45,725 bases of DNA, from IMG/VR virus record IMGVR_UViG_3300037419_000575. The stretch is one strand, 5' to 3'. Positions within the stretch are counted from its first letter, which is position 1, and the number at the start of each line of letters is the position of its first letter. The stretch is from a virus. Below, piece after piece: positions 1 through 8,531 of this stretch. The position numbers were made by a program, and so were the translations under genes. The notes below the pieces were generated by a model that saw only the letters and a program-made list of their open reading frames with translations, was not told the origin of the DNA and searched no databases.

Positions 1-127
1 CACTCCGCGGACGTGAGGGTGCTGTTGAAGGCGGTGTCGTTGATGAGGTCGATCCGGACCTGAGCCGCGTCGCCGGCCACCGAGAAGGTGAACGGGCCGT
101 CCGCATAGGAGCGGGCACCGAGGATTG
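1..127. repeat. 127-bp terminal overlap, identical to 45599..45725 (assembly circularisation junction)
   Basis: Base-by-base comparison of the first and last 127 nt: identical. The overlap lies inside a coding frame. Confidence 0.95.
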
Positions 128-2165
128 AGGCGACATCGCCGACCTTGCGCGGGCTGAACTCGATCTTCGAGATCAGGTCCGCGTCGAGCGCCTGCGGCCC
201 GGTCCCGTAGGGGTAGACCTCGGCACGGAGGTAGGCCGTGCCGGTGAGGTTCGCCGTGAAGGTGTGGAGCTGCAAGCGGCCGGTCGTCAGCGGGCGGTTC
301 TGCCAATCGTTTGGGAACTGCCGCGAGATCGTGACCTTGGTCGTGTAGAGTTGCCCGGCCGTCGCCGGCCCGGCATAGTTGCCGTTGACCGTGACGGTCG
401 TTCCCGTCTTCGACCAGCCGACGTGGTTGACGATGTTCTCTGGGAAGGCCGAGCCTACGGCCTGGACGATCTCGAGCGTGCTGAGATCGGGGGTCCAGCC
501 CAGGTTGAACGCCGTCGTGTCGGCCACGGCGTTATAGGTGCCCGTGACGCTGACCTGGCGGTCCAGGTAGATGCGGTGCGTCTGGTTCGTCGTGAGGGCC
601 TCTGGGGAGAGGTCCATCTTCTCGAGGTAAACGCCGTCCGGGCGCTCCATGACGAGGTAGAGGTTGCCGCTCTCGTAGGCTCCAGTGACGGGCGTTCCAT
701 CGCCGAAGTCCCACACGCGCCATGCGCTGACGAGCTTCTTGTCGCCGTCCCAGAAGAATTGGTAGACGTAGGCCTTCTTCTTCGCCGCAGTGGTGGCCGC
801 CTTGTGGCTCAGGATCAGCAACGCATCCAGATCGTGGAACGGGATGATCTGCGAGACCCCCTTGGGGATCAGGTGCGGAACGTGGGCCGTGATGTCGGCC
901 GCCTCGGTCGGATCGGAGCCCGCTAGGCGGGTATATTCCTGGACCGCGACATAGCCGCGAGCCTCGGACAGGAAGTGCGCCTGGCTCCCCATCGGCGTCG
1001 GGCGGACGCCCGCGGCCATGACGTAGTTCGTCACGGGAACGATGGAGAGGCTGTGAGCGCTCAGGCCGGCGTCGCCGTTGCTGAGCGAGAGCTGCTTCTG
1101 CCGCGAGAACAGCATGACGCCGTCGGCGAACGGAAGGGTGTAGTCGAGGATCGCAACGTCGGTAGTGGCCGCGGAGGCCGCCACGGTGTCGCTGTCGATG
1201 TAGTCGAGAACGGTGCGGCGCCAGAAGTCGCCGGGATCGCCAGCGGCCGAGAAGACCACGCCATCATCGACGGCAAAGGCGAGGCGGTTCTGGTAGAAGA
1301 AAATGTCGCGGATCGTTCGGCCGACGAACGGAGGTGCCGGGTTCGACTCCTCATCGCCGACGCGGCGGTGCTGCCACGAGAACGGCGCAAAGGTGAAGGT
1401 GCCATCCGCCTCGCGGATCAGCGCCCACGGCATCGTGGTCTCGTCGATGGCGTTCTGCAGACCCGGCTTGACGGTCTCGTTCCAGAGCGTGCCGTCGCCC
1501 ATCACATAGTAGGAGACGAACGCGGTGTCGTTCTGGCCGAGCACCTTGTAGACACAGCCGGAGCACGGCGGGTCTGGCAGCTTGTCCATCGAAGGAACGG
1601 TGCCGACGAAGCCGCCGGGCTGCGTCGGGTTCGGGCGGTAGCCGAAGATCGCTCCGGCGAGCACGAAGCCTCCCGGCGGGACGTCATAGTTCGATGGCGA
1701 GGTGCCACCGAGCCAGCGGCCGTTCGGGTTGTTGGCGGGGTCCTGGTCGGCCTCCGCCGGCTTGAGGACCACCGTCTTCGTCGTGTTGACGATGAACGTG
1801 TAGTCCGCAATCGACATCGCCCGGTAGGAGTCGCCCGCAGCGTCGAGGTAGCCGTAGCCTTGAGGGGCGTTGACGGTCTTCTGGACGCCGGTGGTCTCGT
1901 CATAGACGAGGATCGTCCCACTCTTGATGATGACGAGGTAGCGCTCGTTGACGTCGCGGTTGATATGGTGGACCGAATAGGTGTCGCCGGCCGTCAGGGC
2001 CGTCAGCTTCATCACCGTCTCGGTCGGGGGACGGCGGGACAGGCCCTCGGAGATATGGCTCCAGGTATTAAGCTCGTCCTCGGTCTGGTCGGGAGAGCGG
2101 AGGATCGCCGGCTGCTGGCTGATGCCGTTCATCAACGCCGGAAGGGTGCGCGTCGTCAACGCCAT
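1..2165 (-). CDS. tail tubular protein B / nozzle (T7 gp12-like), N-terminal part; the ORF crosses the window edge and ends at 45568
   Basis: ATG at 2165, 19 nt after the gp11-like stop. My translation starts MALTTRTLPALMNGISQQPAILRSPDQTEDELNTW..., the GISQQP N-terminus typical of gp12. The frame stays open to base 1 and continues through the overlap to TGA 45568-45570 (about 731 aa). It is absent from the ORF track because it has no in-window stop. Confidence 0.85.
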   Translation of the reverse strand, partial: MALTTRTLPALMNGISQQPAILRSPDQTEDELNTWSHISEGLSRRPPTETVMKLTALTAGDTYSVHHINRDVNERYLVIIKSGTILVYDETTGVQKTVNAPQGYGYLDAAGDSYRAMSIADYTFIVNTTKTVVLKPAEADQDPANNPNGRWLGGTSPSNYDVPPGGFVLAGAIFGYRPNPTQPGGFVGTVPSMDKLPDPPCSGCVYKVLGQNDTAFVSYYVMGDGTLWNETVKPGLQNAIDETTMPWALIREADGTFTFAPFSWQHRRVGDEESNPAPPFVGRTIRDIFFYQNRLAFAVDDGVVFSAAGDPGDFWRRTVLDYIDSDTVAASAATTDVAILDYTLPFADGVMLFSRQKQLSLSNGDAGLSAHSLSIVPVTNYVMAAGVRPTPMGSQAHFLSEARGYVAVQEYTRLAGSDPTEAADITAHVPHLIPKGVSQIIPFHDLDALLILSHKAATTAAKKKAYVYQFFWDGDKKLVSAWRVWDFGDGTPVTGAYESGNLYLVMERPDGVYLEKMDLSPEALTTNQTHRIYLDRQVSVTGTYNAVADTTAFNLGWTPDLSTLEIVQAVGSAFPENIVNHVGWSKTGTTVTVNGNYAGPATAGQLYTTKVTISRQFPNDWQNRPLTTGRLQLHTFTANLTGTAYLRAEVYPYGTGPQALDADLISKIEFSPRKVGDVASILGARSYADGPFTFSVAGDAAQVRIDLINDTAFNSTLTSAE

Positions 2166-2184
2166 CGGCGGCTCCGTTTCAGGG

Positions 2185-2811
2185 TTAGGAGAGGGTGCGG
2201 GACCCGGTCCACTTCTGAAGGAAGGGAGACCGGCGGAAAGCGTTGGTGTCGCGCGAGCGGCGCTCGTAGCGCTGCAAGAGCGTGAAGGCTCGGTCCTCGT
2301 CCTCCGCATTGTAGCGGTCGAGGATCGGCGAGCTGACGATCTGTGCCTGGAAACGGCGCGCCGCGGCGGTCGCGATGTAGGTTCGCGCGGCCTGCGGGAG
2401 ATCGTTGAAGTCGAAGCCCCAGATGATGTCGACCTGGAGCGGGGTCTCGGCGGAGTAGTTCGCGCTGAAGTCGAACGTGTGATTGTCACCGTCGTAGAGC
2501 GCCAGGACGTCTTCCTCCGGATGCCGGCGGACGGCAATGCTCAGCGTCGCATCCGAGGCATCGACATCGAGGGTTCCGTCAGGGAGCAGGATGGCTCCTG
2601 AGGCCTCCTCGGGGGTCAGCGGGAAGGCGTAGTCCGTGTTCCAGGACCAACCGACCGCCTGGACGTCTCGGGCGGTATCGAGGAGCTGCTGCTTGGCCTT
2701 GGCGGCGTCCCCGACGCCCGTCACGTCGAGCGTGTTGATCGGCGCCTGGCCGATGCTCCCGAGCATCTTGTTGACCGCTTCGAGGTCGGTTTGGGGGGCC
2801 ATGAGGGCCAT
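2185..2811 (-). CDS. tail tubular protein A / adaptor (T7 gp11-like)
   Basis: MALMAPQTDLEAVNKMLGSIGQAPINTL... resembles the T7 gp11 N-terminus (..AVNDILASIGEPPVSTL..). It sits between capsid and gp12 as in T7. The track start at 2832 is TTG; the ATG at 2811 with AAGGA upstream is preferred. Confidence 0.85.
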   Translation of the reverse strand: MALMAPQTDLEAVNKMLGSIGQAPINTLDVTGVGDAAKAKQQLLDTARDVQAVGWSWNTDYAFPLTPEEASGAILLPDGTLDVDASDATLSIAVRRHPEEDVLALYDGDNHTFDFSANYSAETPLQVDIIWGFDFNDLPQAARTYIATAAARRFQAQIVSSPILDRYNAEDEDRAFTLLQRYERRSRDTNAFRRSPFLQKWTGSRTLS

Positions 2812-2830
2812 GCGGGGGTTCCTTGTGGGC

Positions 2831-2872
2831 AAAAAAGGAGGAGCCCCGGCGCTCAGGCCAAAGCTCCTCCTT
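2831..2872 (-). terminator. intrinsic terminator after the capsid gene (T-phi analogue)
   Basis: Perfect 10-bp inverted repeat AAGGAGGAGC (2835-2844) / GCTCCTCCTT (2863-2872). On the minus strand it is followed by TTTTTT (plus-strand A-run 2831-2836). It lies 15 nt past the capsid stop. Confidence 0.75.
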
Positions 2873-2886
2873 CTTGGGTTCGCGTG

Positions 2887-3837
2887 TTAGGCGATCTTCA
2901 GCTCGACCGCGGTCTTCGACCGCAGCGGGCGCGTGCCAACCATGCGGCGCGCGATGAGCAGGACGCCCTGCTTCTCGGGCTGGTCGACCATCTGGAAGCC
3001 GAGGTCCTGAACCACCGCCGTCGCAGCGGCATACGGGGTGTAGACCGCGCCGCGCGTGTTGGTGAAGTTCTGGCGATAGGCCGCCGGGATCGCCGTGTTG
3101 AGCGAGTCGTCGGCGCCAAAGATGCCGTTCAGGTTGTTCGACTTGATGACTTCGACGTCGTCGATAGTCGTGATCGTCGAGCGCTTGACGCTGTTGTCGC
3201 CGCCGTAGAGGCTGTTGAGGTTCTTGTCGGTATTCTTCAGGAGATACCACTGAGCCGTCGGGAGGATCGCCCGAACCGGCTGCGAGTTCACCGGAACCTT
3301 CTTCGCGTCCATCGTCTGCTTCGCGAGGCTGATGCCATCGAGGATGACGCTGCCGTCGGTCGCGTAGGAGGCGTTGGTCAGCGCCGAGCCGCCGCTGTCG
3401 CCCGTGAAGAGGGCACCCTGGCGGGACGACTTGACGATCATGCGAGCGACGTTGCCGTCATAGTGCTCGGCCATCGCGCGGCCCATCGCCTCGGTGTAAG
3501 GCGAGCGAACGTCGAGATCGAACAGAGCCTCGTCGACATCGGCCACGAAGACCGAGCTGATGAGCTTGTCGTCCGGAGCGACGGTCACGTCCTGCGACGC
3601 GATCTGGTCGCCGAGGATTTCGACGCCGGGGGTGTGGTAGCTGACGGTCGCGTTCCAGAACGCCATGAACTTGGCGTCCTTGGCACCCTTGAGGGTCTGC
3701 GAGAGGACCGTGTCAGCGATCCGGATTTCCGCGGCGTAAGCATTGAGAACTTCCGAGCCGCGGGTGCTCAGGAACAGTTCGAGGTTATCGGCGCCGCCCT
3801 GGCGCAAGCCGGGACGCGACGGAGTGCTGGTGGACAC
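2887..3837 (-). CDS. major capsid protein (T7 gp10-like)
   Basis: 316 aa. ..NLELFLSTRGSEVLNAY.. parallels T7 gp10 ..LALFLKVFGGEVLTAF... Position is after the scaffold gene; GTG start. Confidence 0.9.
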   Translation of the reverse strand: MSTSTPSRPGLRQGGADNLELFLSTRGSEVLNAYAAEIRIADTVLSQTLKGAKDAKFMAFWNATVSYHTPGVEILGDQIASQDVTVAPDDKLISSVFVADVDEALFDLDVRSPYTEAMGRAMAEHYDGNVARMIVKSSRQGALFTGDSGGSALTNASYATDGSVILDGISLAKQTMDAKKVPVNSQPVRAILPTAQWYLLKNTDKNLNSLYGGDNSVKRSTITTIDDVEVIKSNNLNGIFGADDSLNTAIPAAYRQNFTNTRGAVYTPYAAATAVVQDLGFQMVDQPEKQGVLLIARRMVGTRPLRSKTAVELKIA

Positions 3838-4101
3838 TGTCTGGTAACTTTCGGTTGAGGGTTGGACTTCTTGCGGTCCGCTTCCTCAAGGCCCGCGCTG
3901 GTCGAGGGGGCGGCCACGCATGGCTCGTCCTCGGGCTATCGGGTTGTCTTTTGGTCGTCGGGAAAGCGACGGCGACCCGGAGGCCGCCGCGCGTCCTGCC
4001 GCCGAAGCGGCGGGAGGGGTAAGGTGCCCCGACTTCCACGGGGCGCCCCATGCGGCTCGTCAGCCGTGGGGTGCGGGCGCCCAACAAAGGGCTCCCGAAA
4101 C

Positions 4102-5043
4102 TTAGTTCTTGAGGCTCTTGGCCTTCAGCGAGCGGTCCATCTTGGCGACGGCCTTGGCTCGAGCGACGCCGTCGCGGGCCTTGTCGGCCTTGGCGAGGTC
4201 TGCATCGAACTCGCGGCGGTCGGTGTAGACGTCGCCGCGGTTGGTGCCGCCGTTGATGTTGGCGAGCTTGCCTTCGCCCGGCTCGGCCGCGCGGTAGTCC
4301 TTGAACAGGGCCGCGATGGCGAGCGGGACCGTCTCCACGTCACCCGTCTGGGCGTTGAAGGCGGTGATCTTCTTGGCCGACCAATTCTTGGACGCCCATT
4401 CGATGGCCTGCTCGACCTCGGCGTAATCGTCGACGCCGGCAGCCTCGGTGGCCGCCTGGCGCATCGCCGCCTCGGTGGCGCGGACGCCGGCGAGGTAGAG
4501 GTCGATCTGGTCGTTCGAGATGCCCGCCGCGATCAGCGGAGCGCGGTGCTCCTCGGAGAGATCGCCGGTTTCCTTGTAGGCCTCGCGGGCTGCCTCGATG
4601 GCCGCCTCGAGGGGCGCAGGGGCGTCTTCCTTGTCGCCATCCTCGTCGTCCTTCTGGTCGTCGTCGATGTCCTTGTCGGACTCGTCGCCGTCCTTCTGGT
4701 CGTCGGAGGCGTCATCGTCGCCGTCCTTCTGGTCGTCGTCGGAGCCTTCTTGGTCGTCGGAGGCATCGTCCTTGTCGTCGGAAGCGTCATCGCTACCTTC
4801 GTCGGACTTGCCCTGCCCGAGCTTGCTCTCCAGCTCCTTGTAGGAGGCGAGCAGCGCGTCGGTGTTGAGCACGCCCTTGTCCGCGTCCCAGAACTTCTCC
4901 GGGACGCCCTCAGGCGCCGCTACGGTTTCCACCGTGGGCCGCATCGGGTCCTTCAGCTCGTGCGAGCCGACGAACTCCGGGCTTCCGCCAACGGTCTCGA
5001 CGACTTCGCCCGAGGCTGCGCTATCTTGCACGCCGTCTGCCAC
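4102..5043 (-). CDS. capsid scaffolding protein (gp9-like)
   Basis: 313 aa with a very acidic D/E/S-rich centre (DDASDDKDDASDDQEGSDDDQKDGDDD...). It sits between portal and capsid; GTG start. Confidence 0.6.
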   Translation of the reverse strand: MADGVQDSAASGEVVETVGGSPEFVGSHELKDPMRPTVETVAAPEGVPEKFWDADKGVLNTDALLASYKELESKLGQGKSDEGSDDASDDKDDASDDQEGSDDDQKDGDDDASDDQKDGDESDKDIDDDQKDDEDGDKEDAPAPLEAAIEAAREAYKETGDLSEEHRAPLIAAGISNDQIDLYLAGVRATEAAMRQAATEAAGVDDYAEVEQAIEWASKNWSAKKITAFNAQTGDVETVPLAIAALFKDYRAAEPGEGKLANINGGTNRGDVYTDRREFDADLAKADKARDGVARAKAVAKMDRSLKAKSLKN

Positions 5044-5300
5044 TATTCGGCAGCCTCAGGTTCGCTCGAGCGGCCGCCTACGGGTTCGCCGTAGTTGGTC
5101 AGAATTGTGTCGCCGTTCGGGCCGTAGCCCTCCTGGTGCTCGATCTCATATTCGACCGGACGGTCGATCTCGGGGGCCTCGGTGCGGTCCTCGACGACCG
5201 TATTGGTCTCGAGCTTGGTCTCCGGGTGGCCTTCGATGATCGACGCGATCTCGGCGTCGGAGATGCCGACGACGGAGTCCGCCTTCTTACTGGTTGCCAT
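5043..5300 (-). CDS. hypothetical acidic protein
   Basis: 85 aa with GC3-rich codons. ATG overlaps the portal 3' end by 14 nt, and its TAG overlaps the scaffold GTG by 1 nt. Confidence 0.5.
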   Translation of the reverse strand: MATSKKADSVVGISDAEIASIIEGHPETKLETNTVVEDRTEAPEIDRPVEYEIEHQEGYGPNGDTILTNYGEPVGGRSSEPEAAE

Positions 5301-6867
5301 TATTTGCCTCTGCTATTGCTTGAACTGCTTTCGGGTTCTTGGCGACGTCCATCGCGCCCTTCGCGATCTGTGGGATCGCGCCGTTGGCGATGTTCGCGTT
5401 CTCAGCGTCCGCCTGCTCCTGCGCCTTCTGCTCCTCGCTCTTGAGGAGGCCCTTGACATCGGTGATGCCTTGGGAGGTGCCGGTGCGAAGCGCGACCTCG
5501 CTGAACTGAACCTCGGCGGAGACTGTCTCCGGACCGAAGATATCAAGCAGCTCCTTGAGCCACTCGATGATCGCGGCAGCTTCGTGGGTCTGGCCGAGCG
5601 CGGAGAACCCGGTGACGATCTGGGGAACGACCGTCTTGGGGAGCTTGGGCGCCTGGCCCTTCTTGCCTAGGATGTAGAGGATGCGGCGCGCGTAGGGCGC
5701 CTGAGCCTCCGCCGAAAGGATCGTGTAGGTCCCGCCGAACGAGTCCTCCAACTCCTGCGCGACCGCCCTGATCTCCTCCGCGGTGACGCGCTCGGCGTCG
5801 CGGATGGTATTGGCGGTGAGCAGGAACGCCTGGCTGAGCCGGCGCTCGATGCTCTGCATGACGTTCCAGAGTGTCGAGAAGTCCTGGTTCTTGTCGAGCT
5901 GGAGGGTCTGGATTTTGTCGGCGAAGCCGGTGATGTAGTCGCCGCTGTCGGCGGCGGCCAGCTCCTCGATGTCGACGCCCGCATTGGGGTCGACGACGCT
6001 GATGATGCGGGCCGCGGCTGCGGCGAACTTGAGGATCGCCTGCCAGCCGTCTTCCATCGAGAGGAAGTCGCCGGCATATTCGGAGATCATCGAGCGGCCG
6101 TAGTCGGAACCGGGGACCGCCTGCCAGCGAAGCGCCTGCCAGCCCGCGACGTCGGCTTTCGCCGTCCCGCGCGAGCCGGGGACCTCGCTGTCGTTGATCT
6201 CCTGGTAGTGGATGACCTTGTCACCCACCCGCTCGACCACCGTGTAGAGCTTGACCTTCTCCTCGACGGCGTCGGGAGCGTGGTCGGGGTCCTTGTTCAC
6301 CTTGTCGGCGAGTTGGACCGCGGCGAGTGTCGCCTGGTCCAGTTCGGACGGGTAGACCTCCTCCTCGATCACGACCTCGAGCATCTTGCCCTGGGCGTCG
6401 CGGCGCACGACGAATTGGTCGAGCCGCCAGACGCGCATCACCGAGCCGTCGTCGGGGTGGAAGACGAGGACGTTACCGGCGACGATGAGGTGCCGGAAGA
6501 CCTCCATCCACAAGGGACGCGAGCCTGAGCCCTCGATGAGGGTCTGAGCCCGGAACGTGATCCCGGCGAGCGCCTCCTGGGCGGGGCCGAGGTTGGTGCC
6601 CATCGCGGCGGCCGTCTCCGGGTCGATGTCGAGCCGGAAGAAGGGTCGCTCGGGCGGGAACAGCGAGAGAAGCAGCTTGGCCGCTACGTTGTTCACGCCG
6701 CGGGCTCCGAGGGAGCTGTAGGGCTGCGTGGCGATGTCGTGCGGGTTCGATGCGCCCTGTTGCGGGATCAGGCCGGGGATCGTGAGATCGGCCGCGGCGC
6801 GGGCCTGCGTGAGGACCGTGTTGCGCTCCCGCTGGAGCATCGAATAGCGTGCTGATGCGGATGCCAT
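5287..6867 (-). CDS. portal / head-tail connector protein (T7 gp8-like)
   Basis: 526 aa. ..TQPYSSLGARGVNNVAAKLLLSLFP.. matches the remembered gp8 stretch ..QTPWQAVGARGLNNLASKLMLALFP... Confidence 0.9.
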   Translation of the reverse strand: MASASARYSMLQRERNTVLTQARAAADLTIPGLIPQQGASNPHDIATQPYSSLGARGVNNVAAKLLLSLFPPERPFFRLDIDPETAAAMGTNLGPAQEALAGITFRAQTLIEGSGSRPLWMEVFRHLIVAGNVLVFHPDDGSVMRVWRLDQFVVRRDAQGKMLEVVIEEEVYPSELDQATLAAVQLADKVNKDPDHAPDAVEEKVKLYTVVERVGDKVIHYQEINDSEVPGSRGTAKADVAGWQALRWQAVPGSDYGRSMISEYAGDFLSMEDGWQAILKFAAAAARIISVVDPNAGVDIEELAAADSGDYITGFADKIQTLQLDKNQDFSTLWNVMQSIERRLSQAFLLTANTIRDAERVTAEEIRAVAQELEDSFGGTYTILSAEAQAPYARRILYILGKKGQAPKLPKTVVPQIVTGFSALGQTHEAAAIIEWLKELLDIFGPETVSAEVQFSEVALRTGTSQGITDVKGLLKSEEQKAQEQADAENANIANGAIPQIAKGAMDVAKNPKAVQAIAEANNGNQ

Positions 6868-7187
6868 TATTGGATCGGCCCGACACCGCCGTGCGAGACG
6901 GCACCGCCACTAAACTCTCCGCCGGACGAACCTCCAGACGAGCCGCCGGACGAACCTCCAGACGAGCCGCCCGACGAGCTGCCGGAGCTGCTGCCGCGGC
7001 CGCCGCCCATCGGGATCGTCAGCGGGTTGAGAAGGTCGATCCGGAACGCGCTGGTTCCAGCGCGGAGCGCGGCGATGTTGCCGAGCATCCCGTCGAGGAT
7101 CGGGTTCCGGAGGATCGGCAGCGCCTTGGGCTGCCCTGCTTTATCGTCCGCGGGGTCTGGGATTTTGGGCTTCTTGACGAGGCACAC
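6867..7187 (-). CDS. small virion-type protein, possibly gp6.7-like, with a Gly/Ser repeat
   Basis: 106 aa, GTG start. The N-terminus MCLVKKPKIPDP resembles T7 gp6.7 as I recall it (MCFSPKIKTPK). The C-terminal half is (GGSS)n. It lies between exonuclease and portal. Confidence 0.45.
   Translation of the reverse strand: MCLVKKPKIPDPADDKAGQPKALPILRNPILDGMLGNIAALRAGTSAFRIDLLNPLTIPMGGGRGSSSGSSSGGSSGGSSGGSSGGSSGGEFSGGAVSHGGVGPIQ
6921..6992. repeat. 24-bp tandem repeat (2 identical units plus 1 degenerate) encoding the GGSS tract
   Basis: gccggacgaacctccagacgagcc at 6921-6944 and 6945-6968, with a degenerate third unit at 6969-6992. Confidence 0.9.
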
Positions 7188-7217
7188 TTTAGGGGAGTCT
7201 CCTGTTGGGAGAGGGCC

Positions 7218-7427
7218 TCACTTGACGGGGCGGCCGGCTCCTCTGGGGCGCACGGGGGGCGCCTCTTTGCCGGCGTTCTCACGCCAGCGCTTGAGGTGGA
7301 GCACGACCGACCGTTGACCGGCCGCGTGGAATATCTTGTCGGGGGAGTCGCCGAGCTGCGGGACGACCTCGGGGAAGGTCTCGTCGAGCGCGCGGATCAG
7401 TTCCTCAACCGTGTGGGGGAAGCGCAA
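7218..7427 (-). CDS. hypothetical protein (gp6.5 position); start revised to TTG 7427
   Basis: The track ORF (to 7535) runs through a hairpin plus T-run. AAGGAGA-N5-TTG at 7427 gives a 69-aa GC3-rich product, MRFPHTVEELIRALDETF.... Confidence 0.5.
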   Translation of the reverse strand: MRFPHTVEELIRALDETFPEVVPQLGDSPDKIFHAAGQRSVVLHLKRWRENAGKEAPPVRPRGAGRPVK

Positions 7428-7441
7428 TCTGGTCTCCTTGG

Positions 7442-7482
7442 AAAAAAGGCCCCTGGCTCCCGAAGAAGGGAAACCAAGGGCC
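7442..7482 (-). terminator. hairpin plus U-run on the minus-strand transcript (attenuator, terminator or RNase III-type site)
   Basis: Stem GGCCCCTGG (7448-7456) / CCAAGGGCC (7474-7482) plus inner TCCC/GGGA. The single mismatch is C-A on the plus strand but G-U on the minus-strand RNA. The A-run 7442-7447 gives UUUUUU after the stem on the minus strand. Confidence 0.55.
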
Positions 7483-7578
7483 TCAAGTTCGGCGTGCCAG
7501 TGCTCTTCGGAGGATTGCGCGCGAGCGCATACCACCTAGGGGGCTCTTGTGTCCCCTATGAATGAGGGACAATGGCAC

Positions 7579-7595
7579 ATAAGCGTGTCAGTCCT
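7579..7595 (-). promoter_or_regulatory. variant copy of the candidate phage promoter motif (TGACACGCTTATGTGC)
   Basis: Shares 13 nt (CACGCTTATGTGC) with the copy at 19682-19698. It overlaps the exonuclease stop, upstream of the structural genes. Confidence 0.4.
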
Positions 7596-8400
7596 CGACC
7601 GGAGGCTCCTCTTCCCACGCCGGCGGGAGCCAGAGACGCGGGGAGCGGCCGTCCCAATCGGTAAACTGAAGGATGCGGGCGAGGCGCGCCTGGCGCACCG
7701 CATCGTCCTCGCTCTGGCCGACGGAGGCGAACGCCTCGAGCACGATGCCCCAGGCCTCCTCCTCGCTCTCGGCCTCGACCACGGCCTCGGCGTAAAGCGA
7801 CTTGTCACCGACGCGGAAGGCGCCGGGGTAGCCGTCGGTCGTGTCCCCGACGATGGTCTGCCAGAAGTGAAAGCGGATCGCCTCCAACTCGGTGATGTCG
7901 ATGGTCATGGCCTTGCGGATCAGCCGGCCGTCCCAATGGTAGACCGCGGGCCGGTGAAGGCGCGCCGGGACCGTCATCAGGTCCTTGTCGGCGGACACGA
8001 TGATCCGCTCGTCGGTCCGGTTTGGGTCGGTCGCGAGGATGCCCATGACGTCGTCGGCCTCGAGCGCCGTCCAGCGGACGGTGTCGTAGGTCTCGGCCAT
8101 CCACTCCTTTATGTCGTAGAGGTGGACGGGGCGGTCGACAGAGCCGCGGGCGGCCTTGTAGGTCGGATCGACGCGGTCCTTCCGGAACGAATTGAAGTCG
8201 TCCGAGAGGCAGATTATGACGTCGTCCGCGCGGAGGTCATCCGCGTATTTGACAATGGCCTCCTCGGCGAACCGACGGGCGGCCTCCTCGTCTGCGGCGA
8301 TGGACTTCTGGCCGTCACCGTTCCAATCGTAGCTGCGTTGGTTCGCGGAGCTTGCTCGGTAGGCGAGGAGGTCGGCGTCGAGTAGGAGGGTGCGCGTCAA
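7588..8400 (-). CDS. 5'-3' exonuclease (T7 gp6-like, FEN/PIN type)
   Basis: 270 aa. ..DPTYKAARG.., ..LEADDVMGILA.., ..IIVSADKDL.., ..WQTIVGDTTDGYPG.. and ..ARLARILQF.. parallel T7 gp6. TTG start overlaps the upstream TGA (TTGA). Confidence 0.9.
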   Translation of the reverse strand: MTRTLLLDADLLAYRASSANQRSYDWNGDGQKSIAADEEAARRFAEEAIVKYADDLRADDVIICLSDDFNSFRKDRVDPTYKAARGSVDRPVHLYDIKEWMAETYDTVRWTALEADDVMGILATDPNRTDERIIVSADKDLMTVPARLHRPAVYHWDGRLIRKAMTIDITELEAIRFHFWQTIVGDTTDGYPGAFRVGDKSLYAEAVVEAESEEEAWGIVLEAFASVGQSEDDAVRQARLARILQFTDWDGRSPRLWLPPAWEEEPPVED

Positions 8401-8531
8401 CCTTGGACGAACCAGAGTTGAAATGGCCCAACGACAACGATGATGTCGTAAAACCCGAACTCCTCATCGTAATAGGCGCGAGCCGTTAGATGCCATCGAC
8501 GCCAGTAGAACTGCCAGGTATTCAGCTTCAT
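8397..8531 (-). CDS. hypothetical 44-aa protein
   Basis: MKLNTWQFYWRRWHLTARAYYDEEFGFYDIIVVVGPFQLWFVQG. ATG overlaps the upstream stop (ATGA) and its stop overlaps the exonuclease TTG. Below the track size cutoff. Confidence 0.35.
   Translation of the reverse strand: MKLNTWQFYWRRWHLTARAYYDEEFGFYDIIVVVGPFQLWFVQG

Noticed and set aside
1-127. The 127-bp end duplication as a biological direct terminal repeat
   Set aside because: It sits in the middle of the gp12-like ORF, and its length is a common maximum assembler k-mer. T7-type terminal repeats are non-coding. This cannot be fully excluded without reads.
975-2285. Long plus-strand ORFs (for example 264-926, 975-2285, 2791-3858, 3862-5094, 10769-12091, 19897-21504, 40221-42326, 42453-43448)
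   Set aside because: They lie antisense to minus-strand genes with clear homology-type motifs. They are Arg/Ala/Gly/Val-rich with no RBS, which is the typical open antisense frame of GC-rich DNA.
2887-2940. A T7 10A/10B-style frameshift extension of the capsid protein
   Set aside because: Only about 55 nt separate the capsid stop from the next gene, and they are occupied by the terminator hairpin. There is no extended alternative frame.
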